Origin: a bacterium
GTDB taxonomy: Bacteria > SAR324 > XYD2-FULL-50-16 > G965216635
Reading direction: 5' to 3'
Assembly (NCBI GenBank): GCA_965216635.1
Contig: OZ244188.1
Coordinates: 1,888,001 to 1,952,000, forward strand
DNA: 64,000 nucleotides
The notes beneath the pieces are model-generated. The model saw nothing but the letters and a program-made list of their open reading frames with translations, was not told where the DNA came from and searched no databases. This document shows, one piece after another, positions 51,129-63,852 of the stretch (within the stretch, counting starts at the first letter, position 1; the number at the start of each line of letters is the position of its first letter). Position numbers and translations under genes: made by a program.

Positions 51129-51634
51129 GCGGGGAGGTATTTTTTATTTTATGTAGGTCTGTAGAGACGTCCTATATGGGCGTCTCATAAATTTAGAACG
51201 TTTATTAAAAACAGCTTTTTGTGGTTTATGCACATCGTATAAGACGTCCTATATGGGCGTCTCATAAATTTAGAACGTTTATTAAAATATGTAAGTCTGT
51301 AGAGACGTCCTATATGGGCGTCTCATAAATTTAGAACGTTTATTAAAAACAGCTTTTTGTGGTTTATGCACATCGTATAAGACGTCCTATATGGGCGTCT
51401 CATAAATTTAGAACGTTTATTAAAAACAGCTTTTTGTGGTTTATGCACATCATATAAGACGTCCTATATGGGCGTCTCATAAATTTAGAACGTTTATTAA
51501 AAACAGCTTTTTGTGGTTTATGCACATCATATAAGACGTCCTATATGGGCGTCTCATAAATTTAGAACGTTTATTAAAAACAGCTTTTTGTGGTTTATGC
51601 ACATCGTATAAGACGTCCTGTAGGGCGTCTCTAC
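51129..51634 (-). repeat. REP/REPIN tandem array 4 (mostly 77-bp units)
   Basis: reverse complement of arrays 1-3; seven palindromes. Confidence 0.95.
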
Positions 51635-51661
51635 AAAAATGTTTCCTGCAGTTTTTTTTTC

Positions 51662-53014
51662 TTAAAAACTCAAGTGGAAGGAGATGCTGATGACGAGGGG
51701 TGCTTTGAGTTCGGCATCTGTTTCGGTGGTTGTTTTTATTGTTCCTTCTGTTGTTGTGGTTTGAGTGCTAGTCTCAATAGTTTCCTCTACAGTAACGGTT
51801 CTGCTTCCAAATTGGGTTACTTGTGTTCTCTTATCTGTTAATCTATTAGGAGTGATATTAACGTTATTATTTTTCCCACTGGGGTCTACAACAAAAGAAT
51901 ATCCAACCACTACTGATCCTCCTGTTCTTGTCTGTTCAGGGGTCAAGCGGTTTGTTGTATTACTGTCAATCTTGAAAGTGGGATCGGGAGTATAGGGAGT
52001 AGTTGTCGGAGCAGTGCTACTTTTTAGAGAAACCCCCGAGATATACTTCGTTAAGCCAAAATTAAAGAATAGGTTGGGGGTTAAGTTCTTTTTATAGCCG
52101 ATCTGAATCGCGGGACTTGTGGCAGAGGCGCTGGCAGAGCCGTTCGTCAAACTCATACTCGCTAGACCTCCTCCGACAAAAAAATCCTCGTTTAAAAAAT
52201 AATCCGCCATAACTAGTGTATTGGCGAGCTCGTTAGCTCCCCCAGAGCCAGTAAAATGGGTCAGAGAGGCTCTCCATTTTTCCCACCTAAAGCTGAATTG
52301 CAGACCAATGCCTGAGATTTTATCGCTCTTGTTGGTTGTTGTTGATGTCAATGCGTCTGTGTCTGTTGTTGATATTGAACCCTGCACTGTATTTACAGGC
52401 AATGTATAATCAGCAAAATCAGCAGCGGTTAAACCATTAGAAGAAAAGTGTTCTGAACATGTATTCAAATTCCATGTTGTGTTATTACTATTTCTAGTTG
52501 CGGTGTTTCCTACTCCATCTCTTGTGCCTTCATCAAAGTAAGATATAAAATTGTCATGGAAAACATAGGTTCCATCGGTTGCATCAAAGCTCGGTGTTCC
52601 TGTTTCACAGTTTGCTGCTACAAGAGCTTCTATTCCAGCTTTTAGATCAGGACTAGCATCAAAGAAAGAAGAAGCGTCTGCTTCTATGCTAGTGGTGATA
52701 TCTGAATAGGTAACATTAGGATCATAGGATGTTCTGGTAGTACCAGTAATAGTAGTAATAGTATCAGGGACTCCAGTGGTTTTGCTGCTACTATCCACCT
52801 TAAAACCACTTAGATAGACAATGCCAACGAAAAATCCCTGCTTGCTACTGCTTTGAACCGCTTGGGCTTGCAGCTTGCTGCCTCCAAAAGTAAAGGCACT
52901 TCCTATAAGAAGAGCGGGAACAAGAATAGCCGCCAAAACGAAACGAGCCAGAGTAAAACGAACCAGCGAAAAAGCGAAAGTTTTCCTTAAAACTTGGGAA
53001 TTTATGTTTTTCAT
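51662..53014 (-). CDS. outer-membrane beta-barrel protein with two large variable loops, paralog 4
   Basis: conserved barrel blocks; loops resemble paralog 3; homologous ATG at 53014. Confidence 0.85.
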   Translation of the reverse strand: MKNINSQVLRKTFAFSLVRFTLARFVLAAILVPALLIGSAFTFGGSKLQAQAVQSSSKQGFFVGIVYLSGFKVDSSSKTTGVPDTITTITGTTRTSYDPNVTYSDITTSIEADASSFFDASPDLKAGIEALVAANCETGTPSFDATDGTYVFHDNFISYFDEGTRDGVGNTATRNSNNTTWNLNTCSEHFSSNGLTAADFADYTLPVNTVQGSISTTDTDALTSTTTNKSDKISGIGLQFSFRWEKWRASLTHFTGSGGANELANTLVMADYFLNEDFFVGGGLASMSLTNGSASASATSPAIQIGYKKNLTPNLFFNFGLTKYISGVSLKSSTAPTTTPYTPDPTFKIDSNTTNRLTPEQTRTGGSVVVGYSFVVDPSGKNNNVNITPNRLTDKRTQVTQFGSRTVTVEETIETSTQTTTTEGTIKTTTETDAELKAPLVISISFHLSF

Positions 53015-53134
53015 AATAGTGTAAATAATTAAATTTAGGTTAAATAACAAAACTTCATAAAGGATTGCAGAAAAAAACAATTTTGTCAATATATTTTTTT
53101 GGCTATTGGCAGTTTTTTATTTTTTCTGCTCATC

Positions 53135-53280
53135 CTTTATAAAGAATAATTGCAGAAAAACACTTTAAAAGCAAATAAAAAAAAGAATTTTATTTGTTTT
53201 TGGTGTTTTTGGTGTTTCTGCTCATTCTTTATAAAGAATAATTGCAGAAAAACACTTTAAAAGCAAATAAAAAAAACAAA
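53135..53280. repeat. ~90-bp tandem duplication upstream of OMP paralog 4
   Basis: CTTTATAAAGAATAATTGCAGAAAAACACTTTAAAAGCAAATAAAAAAAA occurs twice. Confidence 0.85.
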
Positions 53281-53286
53281 TGCGTT

Positions 53287-53500
53287 GCGGGGAGGTATTT
53301 TTTATTTTATGTAGGTCTGTAGAGACGTCCTATATGGGCGTCTCATAAATTTAGAACGTTTATTAAAAACAGCTTTTTGTGGTTTATGCACATCATATAA
53401 GACGCCCTGTATGGGCGTCTCATAAATTTAGAACGTTTATTAAAAACAGCTTTTTGTGGTTTATGCACATCGTATAAGACGCCCTGTAGGGCGTCTCTAC
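53287..53500 (-). repeat. REP/REPIN tandem array 5 (3 palindromes)
   Basis: same units as array 4. Confidence 0.95.
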
Positions 53501-53538
53501 ATGTTATGCTATAAAATATCCCTTGCAGTTTTTTTTTC

Positions 53539-54984
<1,446 letters not shown>

Positions 54985-55084
54985 AATAGTGTAAATAATT
55001 AAATTTAGGTTAAATAACAAAACTTCATAAAGGATTGCAGAAAAAAACAATAATAGCAAACTATTGGTTGTTGGCAGTTTTTTA

Positions 55085-55326
55085 TAGACCTTTGAATTTG
55101 CGTTATGTGACGGCTAGGCAAGGCAAAAAAAAATTTTAGCTCGCAGGAATATATGTAATATTTCAAGAGTTAAAATTTTTTTTTAATGGCGTAGTAAAAA
55201 ACACTATAAACCTTGCATTAAGCAAGAATGAACTGTGAAACAGCCCTTTGGCTGTTTCACAAATAGCCCACAAAAAGCGTCAAGCAATAAGCTTGTTTTG
55301 GCTAAACAGAACGCAAATTCAAAAGT
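55085..55326. mobile_element. palindromic MITE-like element (family B) with nested insert, inside the OMP paralog 5 upstream region
   Basis: TAGACCTTTGAATTTGCGTT...AACGCAAATTCAAAAG termini; interrupts a sequence that is continuous upstream of paralog 4. Confidence 0.8.
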
Positions 55327-55346
55327 TTTTTATTTTTACTGCTTAT

Positions 55347-55575
55347 CCTTTATAAAGAATAATTGCAGAAAAACACTTTAAAAGCAAATAAAAAAAACAA
55401 TTTTATTTGTTTTTGGTGTTTCTGCTCATTCTTTATAAGATAATTGCAGAAAAACACTTTAAAAGCAAATAAAAAAAAGAATTTTATTTGTTTTTGGTGT
55501 TTTTGGTGTTTCTGCTCATTCTTTATAAAGAATAATTGCAGAAAAACACTTTAAAAGCAAATAAAAAAAACAAAT
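55347..55575. repeat. ~85-90-bp tandem triplication upstream of OMP paralog 5
   Basis: TAATTGCAGAAAAACACTTTAAAAGCAAATAAAAAAAA occurs three times. Confidence 0.85.
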
Positions 55576-55580
55576 GCGTT

Positions 55581-55717
55581 GCGGGGAGGCATTTTTTATT
55601 TTATGTAGGTCTGTAGAGACGTCCTATATGGGCGTCTCATAAATTTAGAACGTTTATTAAAAACAGCTTTTTGTGGTTTATGCACATCATATAAGACGCC
55701 CTGTAGGGCGTCTCTAC
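55581..55717 (-). repeat. REP/REPIN module 6 (minimal doublet)
   Basis: two inverted GTAG-REP palindromes with the same spacer and flanks as the other arrays. Confidence 0.95.
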
Positions 55718-55799
55718 ATGTTATGCTATAAAAAAAAAACATCCCCTGCAGTTTTGTAGTGTTTTTTACTGGATTTACTTGGGTAATCAAAGGTCTATA

Positions 55800-57008
55800 T
55801 TAGTTAATTAAAAAATCTGCGGTTAGGTTTTCAAAATTTATTTTTTGCTCCATCGGTAAATAAACCCTACTTTGAATATCCATTTGATTTAGAAATTTAC
55901 ACATTGAAGGTCCCACCTGATTCCAATTTAATGCCCCTAACCCACAGCCTAATGCTGGTAAAGCTAAAGATTCTATACCTTCTTTTTTATAATTAGCGAG
56001 TAGCCACCGCAAACCCTGTTCTATACCTTGCAGAGGACTATTTTCTCTCCAGTGTTTTTTTGTAGGAAAAAGTAAAAACCACTTATAAGAATTTTTATTT
56101 TTTAAATTATCAGAATCATACGCTAAAACATCATCCAGACTTTTTTCTCTCTTGATAAGATAAGGTCTACCCATAACTAATTTTTTTTGACGGCATAGGT
56201 CTTGGTATTGCACAAAAACATCAGGGAATTGGTACCTTGTTCTAGAAGCTAGTCCTTTGCCCATAACTCCTACTGTATTGACGCTAATCGTGAGAGTCTG
56301 AGCGCTAGAGAAAAACATATCTCCTTGTATCAGTTTTATTTTTTCTGTAATGCGGTATGTTTGATTGGGCAGAAAAAATTTTGTTTTATCCAAAATAATT
56401 TCTGGTTTTGCTTGATTTTTTTGGGGATTTTTTTGGAGCTTTTCTTGGAGATTTTTTTGGAGATCTGAATTAGCAGTATAGATAGCAGAAATATAGTGGG
56501 GCTCTACTTTTTTAGGGACAAGCAATTCTGCCATAATTTTTCTTTTGCCGTCTTCTAAATTGTTCCACCACGCCGCATTTTGTAGTATAAATTTATTGAT
56601 TTTCAAAAACCCTTTTTTTTTGTTCGCATAAAAATTTGTAGCCTGCGAAGCCGCATTGCCATCGGTCAAGTAGGTGCCCTCGTGTCCGAGTATTTCTTTT
56701 TTTAATTCCAAAATCACTATATCGGATGTTCCTTGATTGAAAGAACCTTGTCCGCTGTCGTGCAACAGTCTATAAAGCATAGGGTTGCGGGGTTGTATAT
56801 AAAAATTGGCGTAGTCCTCAAAACGAGAAAGATTGTTTTCTACTAGTTTTTCTTTTCGTAAGGTTATCACCTCTTCGCTATAGATTTTTTTTTTGGCAAT
56901 TTTTTGTTGCTCTATTTGTTGATGCGACAGAATGCCTAGCTTAAGGATAGATTCTAAATTGTCCTTATGGGTGATGTAGTATAGGGCTTTTAAATCAGAA
57001 GGTTGCAT
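55800..57008 (-). CDS. DarT-like ssDNA ADP-ribosyltransferase fused to a DarG-like macrodomain
   Basis: N-term LYYITHKDNLESIL..GILSH, FYIQPRNPMLY, TDGNAAS, MAELLV; C-term GDMF...SVNTVGVMGKGLA, FPTKKHWR, SLALPALGCGLG. Confidence 0.9.
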   Translation of the reverse strand: MQPSDLKALYYITHKDNLESILKLGILSHQQIEQQKIAKKKIYSEEVITLRKEKLVENNLSRFEDYANFYIQPRNPMLYRLLHDSGQGSFNQGTSDIVILELKKEILGHEGTYLTDGNAASQATNFYANKKKGFLKINKFILQNAAWWNNLEDGKRKIMAELLVPKKVEPHYISAIYTANSDLQKNLQEKLQKNPQKNQAKPEIILDKTKFFLPNQTYRITEKIKLIQGDMFFSSAQTLTISVNTVGVMGKGLASRTRYQFPDVFVQYQDLCRQKKLVMGRPYLIKREKSLDDVLAYDSDNLKNKNSYKWFLLFPTKKHWRENSPLQGIEQGLRWLLANYKKEGIESLALPALGCGLGALNWNQVGPSMCKFLNQMDIQSRVYLPMEQKINFENLTADFLIN

Positions 57009-57108
57009 ATTCAAAAAATTCTGGAATAATATTTAATTTGTAAATTAAACTTTTTTGAAAAAAGTTGCAAAATGTTTTTTGAAGTTTAAAGATAGATAGA
57101 AAAATACT

Positions 57109-60100
57109 ATGAGTTTCGTCCATTTACACACCCACACCCATTTCTCTCTTTTTGAAGGAACTATTAAAATTGAAGAATTAGTTCTCAAAACAGCAGAATT
57201 ACAAATGCCCGCTTGCGCCATAACAGATCACAATAATCTTTTTGGAGCAATAAGGTTTTATCGTAGTTTTAAGAATCAAGGCATTAAACCCATTATCGGA
57301 CAAGGGTTTTATTTAAAATCTAGACTTGATAGCGTAGGTTCTCGTTTAAATCTGCTCTGTATAGATAAACAGGGCTATAAAAACCTAATTAAACTTTCTA
57401 GTCTTTCCTATCTGGAGGGCAAAAAAAATCAAACTCCTTTTTTACGATGGGAATGGCTGGAAATGTACAGACAAGGTCTTTTTTTAATAACAGGAGAATA
57501 TGAAAGCGATATCGCCCATTATCTACAAAAAAACGACAATCAAAAAACACTCCAACTAGTCCAAGACTACCAGCAAATTTTTGGGGATAGATTTTATCTG
57601 GAAATTTCAGACAATGGTTTATCCCAACAAAAAATTCTTACTCAAAAAATCCTGCAATTAGGAAAACAAACTTCAGTAGCTCTTGTTGCTACAAACCCTT
57701 GCTTTTATCTAACGCCTGAAGACTCTTTCCCACAATTTGTTTTAAGGCAAATGGGGGCGCAAAAAGTCATTGGAAATAGTGCCCCTGAGATGCCTCTCAC
57801 CGAAGAGCTTTATTTTAAAAGTCAGCAGCAGATGGAAAATCTTTTTTCTCAATCAGCTCCTGAAAGTCTAACAAATAGTTTAAAAATAGCAGAAGCCTGT
57901 GATTTGAGTTTGGAAAACAAACAGTTTTATCTACCTACAATTCCTTCTGATGACGGGCAAGAACCTGAATCGCAAATCCAGAATCAAGCAAAGCAGGGTT
58001 TAGAAAAAAGATTGCTTTCTTTAAAAAATAGGCTCCAGTGGAGCGACGGAATTTTTGAGCAAAAACAAATAGTTTATAAAAAAAGACTTAGCTACGAACT
58101 AGCCACTATTATTAAGATGGGTTATGCCGGGTATTTTTTGATTGTTGCTGATTTTGTAATCTGGGCAAAAAATCAAAAAATTTTAGTAGGTCCCGGTAGA
58201 GGTTCGGGGGCTGGTTCTCTTGTAGCCTATTCTTTACAAATCACCAATATTGACCCTTTAAGCTATGACTTGCTTTTTGAAAGATTCTTAAACCCAGGAC
58301 GAGCGTCTTTACCCGACATAGATATAGATTTTGACGCTAATGAAAGAGGCAAAGTTATTGATTACATCAAAAAAAAATACGGCAGTGAAAAAGTTTGCCA
58401 AATCGCAACTTTAGGCTCGCTTAACGCAAAAGCTGTGATTAGAGGAGTTGCTCGAGTTTTAGGCATTGCTTATATAAATGCAGATACTATTGCTCGTATG
58501 ATACCAGATAGGTTGAATATCACCTTAACCCAAGCAATGCAAGAAAATCTGGAATTAGCGGAGCTTTATAAATCTGGACAAAAAAAAGAAAAACAGTTGA
58601 TACAAATTGCTTTACGGTTGGAAGGTCTTAACTCCAATCTTAGCACTCACGCTGCTGGTATTATTATTATGGATACAGATATTAGTACCCGTATTCCTTT
58701 ATGCAATCCTAAAGATAGTACTGAAATTTTATCACAATACAGTATGGAAGATGCCGAAAATCAAGGGGCTATAAAATTTGATTTGCTCGGCTTAAAATAT
58801 CTAACTGTCATCTGTCAGAGTTTGAAACTGATCCAACAAGAGCAACCAGATTTTAATATTGAATCTATTCCTCTCGATCACAGTAGAGTCTATAGAATGC
58901 TAGCAGAAGGCAAAACGACGGGTATTTTTCAAATGGAATCTTTTGGTATCACAAAATATATTCGCCAAATGAAGCCAACTCAATTTGAAGACCTTATCGC
59001 TCTGATTGCCCTCTACCGTCCAGGACCCCTAGGCTCCGATATGATTACTCGCTATATCAATCGCAAGAAAAATAAAGAACCAGTAGTTTATCCTCATCCT
59101 TTAACAGAAAATATTTTAAAAGAAACTTATGGGGTGATGATCTATCAAGAACAGATTATCCATATAGTCCAAGAAGTAGGGGGGTTTTCGCTTGCTGAAG
59201 CTGATATATTCCGTAGAGCTATGGGTAAAAAAAAGAAAGAAATTTTACGACAACAAAGGACAAGGTTTGTATCACAAAGTATTGCTAAAGGTTTAAAGGA
59301 GCAAGAAGCAATAGATATTTTCGAGCAAATTGATAAATTTGGAGGTTATGGGTTTAATAAATCGCATTCCGCAGCCTATGCTTTAATTAGCTATCAAACA
59401 GCCTACTTAAAAAGTTTTTATACCAAGCAGTTTTATGTATCCTTACTCAATTCTGAATCGCAGAATACTAAACAAATAAAAAAAATTCTAACCGAAATAA
59501 AAAAAACCAGTATTCAAGTGATCCCTCCTGATATCAATAAAAGTCTTTTTTTATTTACCATAAAAGAAGAAAAAATTTGTTTTGGCTTTGGAGCAATTAA
59601 AGGTATAGGTAAAACCGCACTTGAAGGACTTTTAAAAAACAGAAAAAAAGGATTTAGTAATTTATTGGATTTTTGCAAGGCTTTAGATTCTGGTATTAAT
59701 GTTGCGGTGCTAACCAATATTATAAAAATCGGTGCCTTAGATTCATTAGAAAGAAACAGACACAAACTTTTTAAAAATTTAGACTATTTGTCAGAAATAG
59801 CTAAATTTAATTCAAACTCCAACGAGCAGATGGATACCCTTGTTGTCGGAAACGACACACCACTGGAGAGTATCAAATTGCAAGAATGCCCTACCTGGAG
59901 TTTTTTAGAAGAACTGCAAGAATCCAAAAAAACACTGGGATTTTACCTAAATAAAAATCCCCTTTCTTTTTATATTAATGATTTAAGATCTTTCAATGGC
60001 TTGATCAATCTCAAAAGTTTAGACCTCGGCAGGGCTGGAAAAAAAAGTTGGGTTGCCTGCTACATCCAGTATTTAAGAATCACCTTAAACGACAAAAATA

Positions 60101-60582
60101 TAAAAACAGCAGAAATTTTTTTAGAAGATTTTAGTGCAGAAATGAGTTTTTTTATTAACCTGAATAAAAATCCAGCCATAGAGTCTTTCCTAGATAGGGA
60201 TAGAGCTTTACTCGTGCAATTTTCTCAAGCTCGTTATGAAGAACGTAATAAATTTTTTATCCAAAAAGTTTTTTCCTTAGAGCGACTTCGTAAAGATTTT
60301 GTGAGCAAAATAAATTTACATTTTTCTTACGACCGCCTCCCTACAAAAAAAGAAGATCTTTCTGATTTTTGGATGGAAATCAAAAATTTAATTTCAAAAA
60401 ATAATGATAAAGTCTCCCAGACTAATGTTGTTTTACAAATTGAAAAAAAAGACAGAACAATCCACTGCATAGAATCACACAAGAAAGTCCACGCAAGTAA
60501 ATCGTTTATAGAAGATTTAACTCGTTTTCTGCCTTTAAAAAATATTCATTTTGATTACAACCTTAAGATGCCTTTAAATTAG
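57109..60582 (+). CDS. dnaE: DNA polymerase III alpha subunit
   Basis: FVHLHTHT PHP domain, GPGRGSGAGS, PDIDIDF, KFDLLGL, YGFNKSHSAAY. Confidence 0.97.
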   Translation: MSFVHLHTHTHFSLFEGTIKIEELVLKTAELQMPACAITDHNNLFGAIRFYRSFKNQGIKPIIGQGFYLKSRLDSVGSRLNLLCIDKQGYKNLIKLSSLSYLEGKKNQTPFLRWEWLEMYRQGLFLITGEYESDIAHYLQKNDNQKTLQLVQDYQQIFGDRFYLEISDNGLSQQKILTQKILQLGKQTSVALVATNPCFYLTPEDSFPQFVLRQMGAQKVIGNSAPEMPLTEELYFKSQQQMENLFSQSAPESLTNSLKIAEACDLSLENKQFYLPTIPSDDGQEPESQIQNQAKQGLEKRLLSLKNRLQWSDGIFEQKQIVYKKRLSYELATIIKMGYAGYFLIVADFVIWAKNQKILVGPGRGSGAGSLVAYSLQITNIDPLSYDLLFERFLNPGRASLPDIDIDFDANERGKVIDYIKKKYGSEKVCQIATLGSLNAKAVIRGVARVLGIAYINADTIARMIPDRLNITLTQAMQENLELAELYKSGQKKEKQLIQIALRLEGLNSNLSTHAAGIIIMDTDISTRIPLCNPKDSTEILSQYSMEDAENQGAIKFDLLGLKYLTVICQSLKLIQQEQPDFNIESIPLDHSRVYRMLAEGKTTGIFQMESFGITKYIRQMKPTQFEDLIALIALYRPGPLGSDMITRYINRKKNKEPVVYPHPLTENILKETYGVMIYQEQIIHIVQEVGGFSLAEADIFRRAMGKKKKEILRQQRTRFVSQSIAKGLKEQEAIDIFEQIDKFGGYGFNKSHSAAYALISYQTAYLKSFYTKQFYVSLLNSESQNTKQIKKILTEIKKTSIQVIPPDINKSLFLFTIKEEKICFGFGAIKGIGKTALEGLLKNRKKGFSNLLDFCKALDSGINVAVLTNIIKIGALDSLERNRHKLFKNLDYLSEIAKFNSNSNEQMDTLVVGNDTPLESIKLQECPTWSFLEELQESKKTLGFYLNKNPLSFYINDLRSFNGLINLKSLDLGRAGKKSWVACYIQYLRITLNDKNIKTAEIFLEDFSAEMSFFINLNKNPAIESFLDRDRALLVQFSQARYEERNKFFIQKVFSLERLRKDFVSKINLHFSYDRLPTKKEDLSDFWMEIKNLISKNNDKVSQTNVVLQIEKKDRTIHCIESHKKVHASKSFIEDLTRFLPLKNIHFDYNLKMPLN

Positions 60583-60740
60583 ACATTCTGCTTATTTAAT
60601 TACTGGGACTAGACTGGTTGATTTAAAGATTTCTATAATTTTAGAGAGAAAAGGTCTATACAATAAACCGACTTGCAAAAATTGCATTTTGCTTTAGAAT
60701 GTAGGTTGTGCTACACACTACAAAACTTAACTTTTTAAAT

Positions 60741-61619
60741 ATGGAATCAGAAGAATTCGGATTAGTACTGGGAGAAAAACTTTTGGGTTTAGAATCCCTC
60801 CATTACGGTTATTGGGATACACCGCCTAAAGAAGAAAAAGATTTTACTATTGCAGAAATTATCAAAGCCCAACAAAACTACACAAAATTTATTACTTGCC
60901 AAATAGAAAAACAACTTTCTAAAAAATCAGCTCGTGTTTTAGATGTAGGTTGTGGCACGGGAGTTATTCTCATCCAGCTTTTAAAAAAAGGTTATCTTGT
61001 AGATGCGGTAATTCCTTCCGTTCATCTACAAAAAAAAGTAGAGGCTAAAATCAAGACTATACAGCCTAAAACCAAGCCGCAAATTTACGCCAGTGGTTTT
61101 GAACAATTATTACAAAACAAAAATATCCCCCTGTACGACATGATTTTTTTTAGCGAAAGTTTTCAGTATATTCCAATGAAATATAGCTTTGCAGTTTTAA
61201 ACAAGATACTCGCAAAAAATGGCACTGTGCTTGTCAGTGATTTTTTTAAAAAACAAGCCCACAATCCCAAATACACCCATCTAGTTGGAGGCGGACATCA
61301 ACTGAATGATTTCTATCAAGAATTAAAAAAAAGCCCATTTTCCAAAACTCAAGAATTAGACATTACCAAAAATTGCTCTCCTACCATAGAAATCGGCTCT
61401 TATATTTTAGCAAAAAGACTTTATCCTAGCCTTCAATTATTGGATCAATTTCTACAAAATCGCTACAAAAAAAAATACCGTTTATTGAGAAATTCTATTG
61501 TTTTTTTCTTTAAAAAAGGTTTTCAAAAATTTAAAGAAAAATATTTATTAGGAAAAAGAACAGGAGCAAATTTTGAAAAAAATAATAAATATATTTTCGC
61601 TATCTTAAAACGAAAATAA
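60741..61619 (+). CDS. class I SAM-dependent methyltransferase
   Basis: LHYGYW, VLDVGCGTG, FSESFQY; start at ATG 60741 preferred. Confidence 0.88.
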   Translation: MESEEFGLVLGEKLLGLESLHYGYWDTPPKEEKDFTIAEIIKAQQNYTKFITCQIEKQLSKKSARVLDVGCGTGVILIQLLKKGYLVDAVIPSVHLQKKVEAKIKTIQPKTKPQIYASGFEQLLQNKNIPLYDMIFFSESFQYIPMKYSFAVLNKILAKNGTVLVSDFFKKQAHNPKYTHLVGGGHQLNDFYQELKKSPFSKTQELDITKNCSPTIEIGSYILAKRLYPSLQLLDQFLQNRYKKKYRLLRNSIVFFFKKGFQKFKEKYLLGKRTGANFEKNNKYIFAILKRK

Positions 61620-61783
61620 CCTGTGCTTAAAATAGGAGCGGATAATGACGGTTTAATAAAAAATAGACTAGATTCTTGTTTTATAATAATTCTATTTGTT
61701 TTTTGAAAAATAAGTTTTATACTCTATAAAAAGATTATCAATTATCAATATTTATTTTTTATCAATCACAAAACTACAAAACA

Positions 61784-62977
61784 ATGTTAAATCCAGAAAA
61801 AAAAAAGGTTTTAGATACGGCTGTTAGTCAAATTGAAAAACAATTTGGTAAGGGTGCTATTATGAAAATGGACGGTATGAGTCGTCCTCTTGTGCCAGTA
61901 ATTAGCTCTGGTAATATTGCTTTAGATATAACCCTAGGAACTGGAGGCTACCCTGTAGGCAGAATTGTAGAAATTTTCGGTCCTGAATCTTCTGGAAAAA
62001 CAACTTTAGCTTTGCACGGTATAGCAGAGACTCAAAAAGCGGGCGGAATTGCCGCCTTTATTGATGCAGAGCACGCCATTGATATTAATTACGCCAAAAA
62101 ACTTGGCGTGCAAGTGGAAGATTTAATGCTTTCGCAACCTGATTATGGAGAGCAGGCTTTAGAAATCGCAGAAGTGTTGATCCGTAGTGGCGCAGTAAAT
62201 ATTATTGTAATTGATTCTGTAGCAGCACTGGTTCCTAAAGCAGAAATTGAAGGAGAAATGGGAGATTCTCATATGGGTCTGCAGGCTCGCTTGATGTCGC
62301 AGGCTTTAAGAAAAATTACCGCTCTTTGTTCTAAATCGGATTGTATCGTAGTTTTTATCAATCAATTACGACAAAAAATTGGTATTGTTTTTGGTAACCC
62401 TGAAGTGACTACAGGAGGCAATGCTTTAAAATTTTATTCTAGTGTTCGGTTGGATATTCGTAGAATAACCAGTATTAAACAAGGAGACCAACTTATAGGC
62501 AATAGAACTCGCATTAAGGTCGTCAAAAATAAAATGGCGCCTCCCTTTGGCACTACAGAAGTAGATATTATATTTAATCAAGGAATATCTCATTTGGGAG
62601 CTGTAGTAGATATGGCTTTGCAATCGGGTGTTGTAGAAAAAAGCGGTTCTTGGTTCTCCTATAAGGGTAAAAAAATAGGGCAGGGCAGAGAAAATGTGAA
62701 ACTATTTTTGAGAAACGATCCTACTTTGATTTTTGAAATAGAAAATTCTGTCTACGATTTTTACAAACTGCCGCATTTAAAGAAAAAAAAGGCTAGAGTG
62801 GCGTCTGCTTCTTCCAATATGGCTGCTGTAGAACCTGATGATTCTAATACGGGCGAAAATACCATTTCTCAAGACAATACTAAATCTAACGAGCCGAATA
62901 ACGGAGGAAAAGAAATTAGTAAGGATTCAACTGAAAAAGTAGAAGGAGGGCAATCTAATACTGAGACTACGAATTAG
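61784..62977 (+). CDS. recA: recombinase RecA with long low-complexity C-tail
   Basis: [38 protein letters not shown]. Confidence 0.98.
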   Translation: MLNPEKKKVLDTAVSQIEKQFGKGAIMKMDGMSRPLVPVISSGNIALDITLGTGGYPVGRIVEIFGPESSGKTTLALHGIAETQKAGGIAAFIDAEHAIDINYAKKLGVQVEDLMLSQPDYGEQALEIAEVLIRSGAVNIIVIDSVAALVPKAEIEGEMGDSHMGLQARLMSQALRKITALCSKSDCIVVFINQLRQKIGIVFGNPEVTTGGNALKFYSSVRLDIRRITSIKQGDQLIGNRTRIKVVKNKMAPPFGTTEVDIIFNQGISHLGAVVDMALQSGVVEKSGSWFSYKGKKIGQGRENVKLFLRNDPTLIFEIENSVYDFYKLPHLKKKKARVASASSNMAAVEPDDSNTGENTISQDNTKSNEPNNGGKEISKDSTEKVEGGQSNTETTN

Positions 62978-63030
62978 AAGGAGGGCAATCTAATACTGAG
63001 ACTACGAATTAGAAGGAGAGTAATCTAATA
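62941..63030. repeat. 35-bp tandem repeat (2.6 copies) spanning the recA stop
   Basis: AGAAGGAGGGCAATCTAATACTGAGACTACGAATT at 62941 and 62976, partial at 63011; followed by a family B terminus TAGACCTTTGAATTT. Confidence 0.9.
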
Positions 63031-63093
63031 TAGACCTTTGAATTTACGGTATAATAAGTAGAGTGCTCAAGCCAAATACAGACGAAAATTGGT

Positions 63094-63849
63094 ATGAAAA
63101 TTAGTATAGTAGGTTTAGGAAAAATGGGAAGGCTAGTGAAAAAAACCGCTCAAGAGGAAAATATAGAAGTTCTCTCTACAATAGACCCCCACCAAAAAGA
63201 CGCTGATTTTACAGAAATTAGTGAGCTATCTTTACAGGAAACAGATGTTTGTATTTGTTTCACACAACCGACTGCTGCCTTAGAAAATATAGAAAAAATC
63301 GCTTCTTTTAAAAAAAAAATCGTGATGGCTACAACTGGTTGGGAAGATAAACTAGAGCAAGCAAAAAAAATCATCCAACAGAATAAAACCGCAATGATTT
63401 ACGCTTCCAATTTTTCTATTGGAGTAAATATTTTTTTCAAACTTGTAGAAGAATCTGCTAAAATCATCAATCATTTTGAAGACTACGATGTGCTAGGTTG
63501 GGAAATGCACCACAATCGCAAACTAGATTCTCCATCTGGAACAGCAAAAACAATCGTGGCTAGTCTGCTAAAAAATATCCAAAGAAAAAAAGAAGCCGTC
63601 TACGATAGGTTAAACAGAAAAATCACAGCAGCTGAACTTCATTTTGCTTCTATCAGAGGGGGAGATATAGCTGGAACACACAACATTGGTTATGAATCCG
63701 AGTTTGATAGCATAGAATTAAAACATACCGCTAAAACTCGTTTGGGTTTCGCTAAAGGCTCGTTGCTAGCTGCCCGTTGGTTGATGAGCGAAAAGGAAGG
63801 GTTTTTTACAGAAAAGGATTTGATGGATCACCTTGTTTCCTCAGTTTAA
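63094..63849 (+). CDS. dapB: 4-hydroxy-tetrahydrodipicolinate reductase
   Basis: GLGKMG, ASNFSIGVN, EMHHNRKLDSPSGTA, RLGFAKG. Confidence 0.95.
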   Translation: MKISIVGLGKMGRLVKKTAQEENIEVLSTIDPHQKDADFTEISELSLQETDVCICFTQPTAALENIEKIASFKKKIVMATTGWEDKLEQAKKIIQQNKTAMIYASNFSIGVNIFFKLVEESAKIINHFEDYDVLGWEMHHNRKLDSPSGTAKTIVASLLKNIQRKKEAVYDRLNRKITAAELHFASIRGGDIAGTHNIGYESEFDSIELKHTAKTRLGFAKGSLLAARWLMSEKEGFFTEKDLMDHLVSSV

Positions 63850-63852
63850 ACA

